From an uncultured archaeon (lineage in GTDB: Archaea > Altiarchaeota > Altiarchaeia > IMC4 > SCGC-AAA252-I15): DNA of 64,000 nt. Below, in pieces: positions 46,267 through 56,369 of this stretch. The position numbers were made by a program, and so were the translations under genes. The notes beneath the pieces are model-generated. The model was not told the origin of the DNA and did no database searches. It worked only from the letters and a program-made list of their open reading frames with translations. Positions within the stretch are counted from its first letter, which is position 1. The number at the start of each line of letters is the position of its first letter. The stretch is taken from contig CAYREE010000001.1 of assembly GCA_964423225.1 (NCBI GenBank), positions 17,419-81,418 on the forward strand, written 5' to 3'.

Positions 46267-46791
46267 CTAAGCAACCATACTTTTATCTTCAACCTTATGC
46301 TTCAGACGGTTCAATGCTTCCAGATATCTCGTGAAAGCAAGCCCAGGGGGAACCTGATCCACATGTTCGCTAGCATCAACAGGAAGGGCCTTGAATGTCT
46401 TGGTCTCAGTATCTGGACGATATTTTAATTCTACTTTATTAGCTTCTTCTGGAGAGGGTTGTTGGTTTGGTTTGACCAACATGCATAGAGTATATGGTTT
46501 TCCTTCAGGATGCTTTCCCAACTCGACTATGAGTGGTGCATCCCAGCCTATTAAAGATGGCTGATCATCTAATGGAGGTAATGAACTTAAAGCATTATTG
46601 AGCCTCTGATTCCTCCGGATATATGCCATCACATCCTTTGTAGACAATTCAACTCCTTGCTTAGGAGCTTCTTCAGGAGGTAATTCCTTTGGCTTAATAT
46701 CCCTTACACCAATAGCTATAGAGATGCTGCCTTCAAGCTGTCTTACCATAGCGTCGGAGGCATGAGTAATCATTGAATAGGATAATGTCAT
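46267..46791 (-). CDS. Hypothetical protein embedded in the fhs-folC-folP gene string
   Basis: 174-aa ORF with no recognisable motif, on the same strand and tightly spaced with folC. Confidence 0.4.
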   Translation of the reverse strand: MTLSYSMITHASDAMVRQLEGSISIAIGVRDIKPKELPPEEAPKQGVELSTKDVMAYIRRNQRLNNALSSLPPLDDQPSLIGWDAPLIVELGKHPEGKPYTLCMLVKPNQQPSPEEANKVELKYRPDTETKTFKALPVDASEHVDQVPPGLAFTRYLEALNRLKHKVEDKSMVA

Positions 46792-46871
46792 ATTTATTTA
46801 CCTATTAAAATTTGGGAAGTCTAGGTTAAAATAACCTCCGATTATCCTTAAAAACACGATATTTTTAAATA

Positions 46872-48530
46872 TTAGAATAATCCGGTTATTCGTCCTTCAT
46901 CAGTGATACTGATCTCTTCTGCCGCCGGTTTTCTTGGTAATCCAGGCATTGCAATCAACTTACCAACCATGGCAACGAGAAATCCTGCTCCAGCAGAAAC
47001 CCTGACTTTACGCATGGTTATATTAAAACCACTTGGCCTTCCCAATAGGCTTGTATCATCGCTTAATGATTTCTCGGTCTTGCTCATGCAGATCGGAAGA
47101 TTGCCGAATCCCTGTTCTTCAAGAAGACGTATATCATTCTCAGCAGACTTTGTATAGTCTACTCCACTAGCACCATAAACTTTACTGCAAATCAATCCGA
47201 TCTTCTCCTTGATCGGAATGTCTAATTCATAGTTGAATTTGAAGTCCTTTGGATCATCAATGATGTCTAATAAAGCTGTTGCAAGCTCTACACCTCCTTT
47301 CCCACCATTAGCATGCACATCAGATATTGCAACAGGGACCTTCATTTTCTCACACTCCTTCCTGACTAATTCTATCTCCTCTTTGGAATCGGTTGAGAAC
47401 TTGTTTATTGCAACCACCATCGGCAAACCATAGAGTTTAACATTCTCTATCTGCTTTTCAAGGTTCACCAAACCGATTTCAACAGCCTTCGGGTTGGGAG
47501 TATCATAATCAGTTACACCACCATGATGCTTCAAGGCCCTAATGGTTGCAACAAGAACTACGGCATCAGGTTTTAAACCAGACTGCCTGCATTTTATATC
47601 GAAGAATTTCTCAGCCCCGAGATCTGCGCCGAATCCTGCCTCGGTTACGACGATATCTGCAAGCTTTAAAGCCATCTTCGTCGCCACAACACTATTACAA
47701 CCATGAGCAATATTTGCAAACGGTCCTCCATGGATGAATGCGGGACCGCCTTCAATAGTCTGCACGAGGTTAGGATTGAATGCGTCACGTAAGAGTGCTG
47801 CCATCGCACCTTCTACACCAAGTTCCTTGACTGTCACAGGCTCTCCGAAGAATGTTATCGCAGCAACAATCCTGCCTAGCCTCTGCTTCAAGTCTTTATA
47901 GCTTTCAGCAAGGCATAATACAGCCATGACCTCGCTTGCAGCAGTGATATTATATCCATCCTCCCTGGCAATACCTGTTGAATCGCCTAGCCCGATGAAT
48001 ATCCTCCTTAAGGAACGATCATTCATATCGGTTACTCGCTTCCAGACAACAGCATTAGGATTAATATTCATTTTATTGCCCTGGAAGATATGATTGTCAA
48101 TTACAGCAGAAAGTAGATTGTTTGCCGCAGTTACTGCAGGAATGTCTCCAGTAAAGAAGAGGTTGATGTCTTCCATAGGTAATACTTGAGAGTATCCGCC
48201 ACCCGCAGCCCCGCCCTTTATACCCATGACAGGTCCAAGAGACGGTTCCCTGATGCAAAGAACCGCATTCATCCCCTTCTTCCTTAATCCTTGCGTCAAT
48301 CCTACAGTTGTAGTCGTCTTGCCTTCTCCAGCACGAGTTGGAGTCATAGAAGTTACAAGAACAAGTTTACCGTCTTTTTTAGACTTGAATTCCTCAAGCA
48401 TTCGTACTGGAACCTTCGCCTTATAACTACCATAGAACATTAATTCATCTTCAGACAAGTCCAGCATAGATGCTATCTCACTAATGGGTTTTAACGTTAC
48501 TTCCTGTGCTATCTCAATATCTGACTTCAT
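46872..48530 (-). CDS. fhs: Formate-tetrahydrofolate ligase
   Basis: Contains PTRAGEGKTTTTVGL and EPSLGPVMGIKGGAAGGGYSQV; 552 aa. Confidence 0.92.
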   Translation of the reverse strand: MKSDIEIAQEVTLKPISEIASMLDLSEDELMFYGSYKAKVPVRMLEEFKSKKDGKLVLVTSMTPTRAGEGKTTTTVGLTQGLRKKGMNAVLCIREPSLGPVMGIKGGAAGGGYSQVLPMEDINLFFTGDIPAVTAANNLLSAVIDNHIFQGNKMNINPNAVVWKRVTDMNDRSLRRIFIGLGDSTGIAREDGYNITAASEVMAVLCLAESYKDLKQRLGRIVAAITFFGEPVTVKELGVEGAMAALLRDAFNPNLVQTIEGGPAFIHGGPFANIAHGCNSVVATKMALKLADIVVTEAGFGADLGAEKFFDIKCRQSGLKPDAVVLVATIRALKHHGGVTDYDTPNPKAVEIGLVNLEKQIENVKLYGLPMVVAINKFSTDSKEEIELVRKECEKMKVPVAISDVHANGGKGGVELATALLDIIDDPKDFKFNYELDIPIKEKIGLICSKVYGASGVDYTKSAENDIRLLEEQGFGNLPICMSKTEKSLSDDTSLLGRPSGFNITMRKVRVSAGAGFLVAMVGKLIAMPGLPRKPAAEEISITDEGRITGLF

Positions 48531-48583
48531 TTCTCTTCAAAATTTTTTTTTTGGATAAATATTTGTCCAATAATATTATAAGT

Positions 48584-49858
48584 ATGAAAAAAGCAAGAAT
48601 CCAAGAGATTTTACTATTATTAACTGCAATAATGATTGGATTACTGTTTAGTGAACTGGCTGTCCGTTTTTTATTAATAGATTATGCAGATGAATTTGAG
48701 GGGATAACAGTTTTTGAGATCGATAGCCAAGATTATGAAAAACTGATAGAACGGGGCTTTATCGATGAAAAAGACAACATATTCATACCATCAAAAAATC
48801 AGGAGCTAAAATATGTCCTAAATCCATCAAAGACAAAATATGTGAAAAACATCAAGTATCGGGTTAATAAAGACGGTATTAGAGACAGAAACTATAGGAA
48901 GAAAACTCCTCGAAACACTGAGAGAATTGTAGTTGTCGGCGACTCCAATACATATGGAAACAGTTTAAATGCTTCAGATAGATACACAGATATTCTAGAA
49001 AAAATTCTCAATAAGAAAAAGATTGATCCAAACAATAGGAGATATGAGGTCATAAACATTGGGGTCACAGGATATAATTTCAAAGAGTATAACGAACGAC
49101 TCATCCAAAAAGGGATAAAATACAATCCAGACCTTGTCATAGTCCAATACTCGTTAAACGATGCTATAATACCAGGCGGACGCTATGAGGGAAAAAATGA
49201 TGTTAGAAGATATTGCTTTGATGAATTCCAACCACACGAACATATGATACAGGACGGGGAATCCCAGGTGATAATAGAAGGCATCGAAAGGACAATGATG
49301 AGATCGAGATTACTATCATTGATCAGATCATATATCCCAAAAACAACAGATGTTAAAAATGACATGAACTATCTCTTAACAACATATTATCATTCGCGAG
49401 TCGACACAGGACATTACAAGGAAATTGTCTGCACCCATGCAGATACAGAATTTTATCAGAGAGTGGAAGAACAGTTCGACAGACTTATTCACCTTTCAAA
49501 TATTCACGGATTCCAGATTATACTAGTGATAATACCAAAACCTGAAAAATATGAGGATCCCTTATGGGACCGATATGAATTTACACCTATCCATGACATG
49601 GTGAGAAAAACATCAGAAGATAGAGGCATACCAGTCCACGACCTTCTAAACGACGTGATGACTTTTCCTGCAATAACAGTCTCATCCACTGATCCAACAG
49701 ACTTACTACACTATTCTGAATTCGGACATCGAGTAATCGCAATATCCATATACAATTACATAATAGAAAACAATATGATTAATGACAATAAAAATTATAA
49801 TAAAATGTCATTGACCACATCATTAAACAAGACCAAAATGATGTCAAAGAGAGAATAG
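48584..49858 (+). CDS. Membrane-anchored SGNH/GDSL-type hydrolase (paralog 1)
   Basis: N-terminal TM helix, block I VVVGDSNTYG and block V DLLHYSEFGH. The ATG at 48584 is preferred because the longer track ORF overlaps fhs. Confidence 0.6.
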   Translation: MKKARIQEILLLLTAIMIGLLFSELAVRFLLIDYADEFEGITVFEIDSQDYEKLIERGFIDEKDNIFIPSKNQELKYVLNPSKTKYVKNIKYRVNKDGIRDRNYRKKTPRNTERIVVVGDSNTYGNSLNASDRYTDILEKILNKKKIDPNNRRYEVINIGVTGYNFKEYNERLIQKGIKYNPDLVIVQYSLNDAIIPGGRYEGKNDVRRYCFDEFQPHEHMIQDGESQVIIEGIERTMMRSRLLSLIRSYIPKTTDVKNDMNYLLTTYYHSRVDTGHYKEIVCTHADTEFYQRVEEQFDRLIHLSNIHGFQIILVIIPKPEKYEDPLWDRYEFTPIHDMVRKTSEDRGIPVHDLLNDVMTFPAITVSSTDPTDLLHYSEFGHRVIAISIYNYIIENNMINDNKNYNKMSLTTSLNKTKMMSKRE

Positions 49859-49859
49859 A

Positions 49860-51149
49860 ATGACTAAGAAAAAAAAGAGACATAGGATAAAAAAAAGGAT
49901 TCTAGAAATATTGCTTTTATTCCTAGCCATCATCACAGGCCTCTTATTGAGTGAAATAACCGTTAGGATTTTTTATGATGATGAACCAGCTGAACTAGAG
50001 GGTTTAGCAGTGTTCGACATCAATAGTGAAGACTATGATCGGTTGAAAAAAAGGGGTTTGATAGATGAGAAGAACAACATATACATACCATCAAATAATG
50101 ATGAATTAAAGTATGTGCTTAATCCATCCAAGGAGAAGAAAGTTGGGGATATTGTTTACCGGATAAACAAAGATGGTATGCGGGATCGGAAATATTCAAG
50201 AAAAAAGCCAAAGAATACGGTTAGAGTATTAATGTTGGGGGATTCCAACGTCTTCGGATGGGAAATAAACGCCTCAGATAGGATGAGTGATTGGCTTGAG
50301 ATACTATTGAATAATGAAGTATCACAGGTACAAGGACGTAAAAAATATGAAGTCTTGAATCTAGGTGTGGGCGCATATAATTTTAAACAATATATTGAAA
50401 TCCTCAAGGAAAAAGGCTTGAAATACAATCCTGATCTCGTAATTGTATCATACACCCTAAACGACGCATCAATCCCAAATATAAAACATCCAAGATATCA
50501 AGACGTCCTTAAATACTGCAATGAACAATTCGTGCCATTAGATCATATGGAAAAAGAGGCCGAACAGTATTATAAAACCGGACTATACCAAACACTTGTA
50601 GAAAAATCCAGGTTATTATACCTAATAACATCATATATCCCAGCAAAGGAGAACCAGAATTATATGAACAATATCTTACAAGTATTTAACAATTACCATC
50701 CAGACCAGGGAGCCTATAAAGAAATCGTATGCACCCATTCAGACAATCAATTCTGGAATATTGTGGTAGATAGCCTGAACGAGCTAAAAAACATATCAGA
50801 CAAAGAAGGATTCAAAACCATTCTAGCAATAATGCCAAAACCCGATAGGTTTGAAGACATTTCCTGGGTAAACTATGAATTTCAACCAATACATGATAAG
50901 GTTAGTGGAAAAGCCGGAGAAGTTGGATTGCCAGTATACGATTACCTTAATGATATGAGAAAGTATCCTGCCTCCATCATTTTAGTGAATATACCCTATG
51001 ACACAATCCATTTTTCAGAATTTGGCAATAGATTGATGGCAATTTCAATGTATAACCACTTGATCGAAAATGACGTTCTAATAGGAACAGGTGATTTCAA
51101 GGAAAAACCATCCACATATGCGATAAACAATACCATGATGCTCACATGA
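49860..51149 (+). CDS. Membrane-anchored SGNH/GDSL-type hydrolase (paralog 2)
   Basis: Collinear with paralog 1: MLGDSNVFGW and DTIHFSEFGN. It starts 2 nt after paralog 1 ends. Confidence 0.6.
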   Translation: MTKKKKRHRIKKRILEILLLFLAIITGLLLSEITVRIFYDDEPAELEGLAVFDINSEDYDRLKKRGLIDEKNNIYIPSNNDELKYVLNPSKEKKVGDIVYRINKDGMRDRKYSRKKPKNTVRVLMLGDSNVFGWEINASDRMSDWLEILLNNEVSQVQGRKKYEVLNLGVGAYNFKQYIEILKEKGLKYNPDLVIVSYTLNDASIPNIKHPRYQDVLKYCNEQFVPLDHMEKEAEQYYKTGLYQTLVEKSRLLYLITSYIPAKENQNYMNNILQVFNNYHPDQGAYKEIVCTHSDNQFWNIVVDSLNELKNISDKEGFKTILAIMPKPDRFEDISWVNYEFQPIHDKVSGKAGEVGLPVYDYLNDMRKYPASIILVNIPYDTIHFSEFGNRLMAISMYNHLIENDVLIGTGDFKEKPSTYAINNTMMLT

Positions 51150-51994
51150 AAATAAAGTTGAAGATAGAAAACGAATATGATAGATTAAAAGAAGTGATAA
51201 TAGGACTCCCCAACACATTCAACACATTAGGCAAGTTAAAGCCGATCAATCCTACAGAAGAAAAATATTTTAATACACCAGAAAGCCCTAAGAAAAGCCT
51301 CGTTATAAAAGAGATGCATTCATTCGCAAAAACATTAAGAATGCATGGAGTAAAAGTCCATTATCCAAGACCACTCAAAGGCACAATCGACCAGCTTACA
51401 CCCCGTGACCTGGGATTCGTCATAGACAATACATTCATCATATCGCATATGGCATACAAGATCAGAGAACAAGAGGAGAAGGGGATAACAGGATACCTGG
51501 ATAGGTTTGACGGCAAAATTGTAAAAGCCCCAAAAACCAGTATTGTCGAGGGAGGTGATATAATCATTGATGAAAGAGTGATATACGTCGGGGTTGGAAG
51601 ACGAACAAACGAAAAAGGATTTGAATTCATCAAAAAAACATTTTCAGACAGATACAAGGTCATTAGAGTAAAGCACAAAGCACTACATCTAGACTGCGCA
51701 TTAAACATACTTGGAAAAGGCCATGTCTTAATCCAACAGAACATGCTTGAGCATATCTCAAAGAGTATCAATGACAGATACAAGATCATAAATATCCCAA
51801 AAGAGGAGTATGACATGCTTACAACCAATGTTCTTTCGCTTTCAAAAGACACTATCATAGCCCGTGACGCATGCTCAAAGACAAATAAAATGCTTTCTAA
51901 AAAAGGATATGAGATTATTGAGATTGAATTTAATGAGATTCCTAAGACTGGGGGTTCAGTAAGATGCTGTAGCCTTCCATTAACTAGGATTTGA
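51146..51994 (+). CDS. Guanidino-group-modifying enzyme superfamily protein (amidinotransferase/DDAH/arginine deiminase-like)
   Basis: Contains VEGGDIII and ALHLDCALN, with the C-terminal catalytic-Cys region GGSVRCCSLPLTR. It overlaps the previous gene by 4 nt. Confidence 0.6.
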   Translation: MKIKLKIENEYDRLKEVIIGLPNTFNTLGKLKPINPTEEKYFNTPESPKKSLVIKEMHSFAKTLRMHGVKVHYPRPLKGTIDQLTPRDLGFVIDNTFIISHMAYKIREQEEKGITGYLDRFDGKIVKAPKTSIVEGGDIIIDERVIYVGVGRRTNEKGFEFIKKTFSDRYKVIRVKHKALHLDCALNILGKGHVLIQQNMLEHISKSINDRYKIINIPKEEYDMLTTNVLSLSKDTIIARDACSKTNKMLSKKGYEIIEIEFNEIPKTGGSVRCCSLPLTRI

Positions 51995-53015
51995 CTTCTT
52001 CCAGAGTATAAGTCTTACTTCCTAAACCTATTGACTCAGCATATTCTAGCATATAATAACCATCTACTCCATGCTTTTTCTCAAACGGATCAATTCCCTT
52101 ATTAGCATTCACAATAAGGTCCATGCTCGCCGCATCCACTGCAACAGGATCCATTCCCATAACCAAGCCAAGATTCTTCATAATCGGCTTCTGCTCAAAT
52201 GGTAGACAGTCACAATCATAGGTTATGTCGGTCAGGAAATTAATGTGCCACCAATCCCTATCTTTTGTTGCTGCCAGACAGTATTCTGATATCCTACGCA
52301 TCAATGCCTTGTTGACTGAGTCAGAAAGATCCCAGGGTATGTCCACCGCACCCTTAGGACAAACCACAACACAACGGACACATCCAACACAGGATTCTGA
52401 TTCTATAACCGCTTTTTCAGTCACATTTATTGCTTGTGCAGGGCAATTTTCAGCACATTTTCCACATGCAATACAATCTCCAGATTTTACAATCGGTGAG
52501 GGCAATGCATGCATCGCAAGTTTTCCAGCCCTAGATCCCATACCCATTCCAATATTCTTCATTGACCCGCCAAAACCAGTCGCCATATGACCTTTGAAAT
52601 GTGTGAGTGCAATGAATTTTTCATAATGGTTTATCCCCAAACCAAGTTTTGCAGTAACCGTATCCCCGATATTTAATTCGACAATAGTATAATCATCTCC
52701 CTGTTCCCCATCAAGGATATCTATAGGTAAAAAATTGAATCCATGCTTTTCTGCTACCCTAAGATGATCTGACTTGACTGTCCTACTACCATTATAAAGT
52801 ACATTACATTCCACAAAAGATGCCGTAGGTACATGATCCTTTAATCCAAGTATCCATTCAGGCCGAATATAAGTCGTATTCCCATCCTCTCCAAAATGGA
52901 TTTTAATAGCTGTCTTTGCACCCCTGATATGCTCTCCAATCTGCTTAAAAAACTTGTTAGCACCACCACAAATGTCATTTATGTCAGTATAGTGATACAC
53001 GATTGGATCCGCCAT
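51984..53015 (-). CDS. DUF362 domain protein with an inserted 2x[4Fe-4S] ferredoxin domain
   Basis: Contains CIACGKCAENCP and CVGCVRCVVVCP. The ATG at 53015 (MADPIVYHY) is preferred over the track start at 53078. Confidence 0.6.
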   Translation of the reverse strand: MADPIVYHYTDINDICGGANKFFKQIGEHIRGAKTAIKIHFGEDGNTTYIRPEWILGLKDHVPTASFVECNVLYNGSRTVKSDHLRVAEKHGFNFLPIDILDGEQGDDYTIVELNIGDTVTAKLGLGINHYEKFIALTHFKGHMATGFGGSMKNIGMGMGSRAGKLAMHALPSPIVKSGDCIACGKCAENCPAQAINVTEKAVIESESCVGCVRCVVVCPKGAVDIPWDLSDSVNKALMRRISEYCLAATKDRDWWHINFLTDITYDCDCLPFEQKPIMKNLGLVMGMDPVAVDAASMDLIVNANKGIDPFEKKHGVDGYYMLEYAESIGLGSKTYTLEEVKS

Positions 53016-53087
53016 ATGGAATATATCCACTAAGAGATAAAAAAGCAAAATATTTTTTTTAAAGATTATCACTACCACTATTATTCA

Positions 53088-53606
53088 TTGAATAATAATT
53101 ATTGGAAAATGGATAGATTATTAGCCGATTCATTTGATAGGGTGAATGAAAAATACTTTCAAGAGAGCCTGGATAAAAACAGGTATAAGATTAAGTGGAA
53201 AAAACTTTCTGGAAAATACGGTCATGTCACATATTCTAGGGATAATGCAGTAATCACACTAAATGAACGATTAAAAACTGAACAGGAACTGCTTGACTAT
53301 ACGATGCTCCACGAACTCTTGCATACGATAAAGGGTTTTAGAGGGGTTAGACGCCATAGAGGCAAGTTCAATAATACGTTAAAAGGACTTATCGGAGTCT
53401 TTGAATACAAGCGGTTAGAGGGTAGACTAAAGGAGTTTGACATATCCTTGAGGAAATTCAGGAAAAGATATGTATATGAATGTCCGAATTGCAGGCAACA
53501 GATAACAAGAAAACGCAGTATGAAGGACTGTTCATGCATCAATTGCGATAGAATTTATAATCCAGACTACAAGTTTGTATTAATCGATAAGTATGAGATA
53601 ACCTAG
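53088..53606 (+). CDS. SprT-like zinc metalloprotease with a C-terminal zinc ribbon
   Basis: Contains YTMLHELLHT (HExxH) and CPNCRQQ...CSCINC. The start could be the TTG at 53088 or the ATG at 53109. Confidence 0.6.
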   Translation: MNNNYWKMDRLLADSFDRVNEKYFQESLDKNRYKIKWKKLSGKYGHVTYSRDNAVITLNERLKTEQELLDYTMLHELLHTIKGFRGVRRHRGKFNNTLKGLIGVFEYKRLEGRLKEFDISLRKFRKRYVYECPNCRQQITRKRSMKDCSCINCDRIYNPDYKFVLIDKYEIT

Positions 53607-55157
53607 TTAATGCAGGAAACAACGAACACCAGTATAAACCATTGACATCCCATATTCATCTACAGCATCTAATACTTCCTGATCCCTGATACTGCCTCCA
53701 GGCTGTATAATACTCGTAATCCCTGCCTTAGCCGCCTCATCTATCCCATCTCTAAAAGGGAAGAATGCATCAGATGCCATCGCACTACCTTTTGCATGGT
53801 CACCAGCCTTAAACGAAGCGATTATAACAGCATCAACACGACTCATCTGACCCGCACCAACACCGGTAGTATGATTCTCCTTGGCAAATATTATAGAGTT
53901 AGACTTTGTATGGCAACAAATCTTCCAGGCAAACAGCATAGAATCAATATCAGACTTGCCAGGTTTTTTCTTCGATACAATCTTTAAATCTTTCATAGAA
54001 ATTTCACGCAGATCCATATCCTGCACAAGCATACCCCCAATGACTTTCCTATAATCCAATAATTTAATGGGTTTTTCCATCGAATCCACTTCAAGCACCC
54101 TCATCTTCTTCTTTTTCTTCAATATCTCAAGTGAATCCCCCTCATAACCGGGTGCAACCACTGCCTCCACAAAAGTCTCGATAATATCCTCTGCCAGACC
54201 ACTATCACAAGGCTGGTTTAAAGCGACAATACACCCAAAAGCAGATAATGAATCAGCTTTATGAGCGAGAGAATAAGCCTCACGAATATTATCTGCTTTT
54301 CCCACACCACTAGGATTAAGATGTTTTATGATCGCTGTAGTCGGATCATTAAAAGACTGAGCGATCCTCATCGCAGAGTCTAGGTCAAGTATATTGTTAA
54401 ATGATAATTTCTTACCGCCTGAAAGAAGTTTTGAATTGACGATACATGAACCAGCATATGATGGATCCGCATAGAATGCTGCATCTTGATGTGGATTCTC
54501 TCCATATCTCAAATCATATTGCTTCGAAAGATTCAGGGTTATGTATTCCGGAAATTTCGCTGTTGAAGAGATTATTCCACCAAGATAATTTGAGATAGTA
54601 GAATCGTAGTCAGCAGTATGTTTAAATGCTTTTACTGCAAGCGTTGACAACATGTCTTTAGATAAAGAACCATCATTTTCCCCCAACTCATCTAAGATGG
54701 ATTCATAATCACCAGGATCAATGACTACTGCCACATGCTCATGGTTTTTAGCCGCTGCTCTAACGAGTGTCGGACCACCAATATCAATATTTTCAATAGC
54801 ATCATCGAAGGTAACATCTTTTTTAGAGATCGTCTGTTTGAATGGATAAAGATTCACCACAACCATATCAATAAGACCAATATCATGCTCTTTAAGCTCA
54901 GACATATGATTCTTCTTATCCCTTCTTGCCAGAAGACCCGCATGGATCTTAGGATGTATAGACTTAACCCTTCCATCAAGCATCTCAGGACTATCAGTAT
55001 AATCAGATACATATGTGAAATCAATATTGTTTTCTTTAAGAAGTTTGGCTGTACCACCAGTCGAAAGAATTTTTATCCCCAACTCTGACAATCCCTTTGC
55101 AAAATCAGGCAAACCAGTCTTATCTGATACGCTTACTAGTGCTGTCTTAACCTTCAA
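53607..55157 (-). CDS. purH: Bifunctional AICAR transformylase / IMP cyclohydrolase
   Basis: Has the MGS-like N-terminus ALVSVSDKTG...STGGTAKLL and a C-terminal AICARFT domain; 516 aa with a TTG start. Confidence 0.9.
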   Translation of the reverse strand: MKVKTALVSVSDKTGLPDFAKGLSELGIKILSTGGTAKLLKENNIDFTYVSDYTDSPEMLDGRVKSIHPKIHAGLLARRDKKNHMSELKEHDIGLIDMVVVNLYPFKQTISKKDVTFDDAIENIDIGGPTLVRAAAKNHEHVAVVIDPGDYESILDELGENDGSLSKDMLSTLAVKAFKHTADYDSTISNYLGGIISSTAKFPEYITLNLSKQYDLRYGENPHQDAAFYADPSYAGSCIVNSKLLSGGKKLSFNNILDLDSAMRIAQSFNDPTTAIIKHLNPSGVGKADNIREAYSLAHKADSLSAFGCIVALNQPCDSGLAEDIIETFVEAVVAPGYEGDSLEILKKKKKMRVLEVDSMEKPIKLLDYRKVIGGMLVQDMDLREISMKDLKIVSKKKPGKSDIDSMLFAWKICCHTKSNSIIFAKENHTTGVGAGQMSRVDAVIIASFKAGDHAKGSAMASDAFFPFRDGIDEAAKAGITSIIQPGGSIRDQEVLDAVDEYGMSMVYTGVRCFLH

Positions 55158-55235
55158 ATCAAAACACCAGTAAAAGACTTTGTCTTATTGGATTAATATA
55201 CGCGAATTTTAAAAAGGAGAGACAATAGACTACTA

Positions 55236-55514
55236 ATGGATGAAGACATTTGTAAAAGCAAAGAAGTTGAGACGTATATCGAACCATATATGAACCAGAT
55301 TAGAGTTGGAATGATGAGGATAAATGAAAAAAAGAGTATTATTGAACTAAGGATATATGAGGGAGCATCAAATGATTGGATCCCATACTTCATCAAAACC
55401 CTCCAAGAACACTACACCCGAGTATTCAGCTATAATATCACAAAAGGTGATGCACCAGAAGAAACACAAGAAGAAAAAGCATTCAAGGAAGAATTACTGA
55501 AAGAGATTATTTAG
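55236..55514 (+). CDS. Hypothetical small acidic protein
   Basis: 92-aa ORF with no motifs. It competes with an antisense 67-aa hydrophobic ORF (55193..55396). Confidence 0.3.
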   Translation: MDEDICKSKEVETYIEPYMNQIRVGMMRINEKKSIIELRIYEGASNDWIPYFIKTLQEHYTRVFSYNITKGDAPEETQEEKAFKEELLKEII

Positions 55515-56367
55515 ACATATTACCCTGAATTACCGCCGCCTTTAAAGTATTATCTAAAAGCGATGCAATCGTCATCGGACCAGTCCCCCCAGGAACCGGT
55601 GTAATATACGATACTTTTTCAACTAGATTATCATAATCCAGATCACCAACAAGCTTACCATCTTTCTTCGAAACACCAACATCAACCAATACAGAATCCT
55701 CCTTGACCATATCAGCTTTTATTAGATGAGGTACGCCTGTCGCAGAAACTAAAATATCTGCATTACGAGTATGAGATTCTAGATTACGAGTATTAACATG
55801 ACATACAGTAACAGTAGCCTCCCGATTGAGAAAAAGATTCGCTAAAGGTCTACCAACCACAACACTATGATTTATTATCACAACATTCATACCTTCAAAG
55901 GGAATCTTATATTTTTCAAGAAGCCTAATGATTCCTAGAGGCGTCGCACCAACCAGGAACTCATCATTTGACGCTATCCTGCCTTGATTGGTTGGTGTAA
56001 ACCCATCAACATCTTTTAATGGATTTAGTAGAGAAAGAATTTTCTTGGTTTTAATATGGCGTGGTAGTGGAAGTTGAGGCAATATCCCATGAACATCATC
56101 ATTATTGTTTAATTCATCAACAACACCAATCAATTCTTCCTCAGACGCATTCCCTGATATCTCGCGTCTTTCCGAACTTATCCCGACTTCCTTGCATGCC
56201 TTATGCTTCATTGAAACATACATTTTACTGGCTGCAGCATCACCCATCATTATTGTTGCTAGAAGTGGAGTACAATTAGATTCATCAATGAACGCCTTTA
56301 CTTTTTCTTTCAATGATAATCTGATCTCTTTTGAATACTTTTTACCGTCTAGGATAATTGCAGCCAT
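55507..56367 (-). CDS. folD: Methylenetetrahydrofolate dehydrogenase / methenyl-THF cyclohydrolase
   Basis: Contains MAAIILDGK and GRPLANLFLNREATVTVCH, with TPVPGGTGPMTIA. Confidence 0.9.
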   Translation of the reverse strand: MAAIILDGKKYSKEIRLSLKEKVKAFIDESNCTPLLATIMMGDAAASKMYVSMKHKACKEVGISSERREISGNASEEELIGVVDELNNNDDVHGILPQLPLPRHIKTKKILSLLNPLKDVDGFTPTNQGRIASNDEFLVGATPLGIIRLLEKYKIPFEGMNVVIINHSVVVGRPLANLFLNREATVTVCHVNTRNLESHTRNADILVSATGVPHLIKADMVKEDSVLVDVGVSKKDGKLVGDLDYDNLVEKVSYITPVPGGTGPMTIASLLDNTLKAAVIQGNMSK

Positions 56368-56369
56368 CT

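Noticed and set aside
48506-48583. The N-terminal extension of the first SGNH hydrolase as given in the ORF track (start at 48506).
   Set aside because: It would overlap the 5' end of fhs on the other strand, and its translation is low-complexity. The ATG at 48584 gives the same basic-then-TM N-terminus as the downstream paralog.
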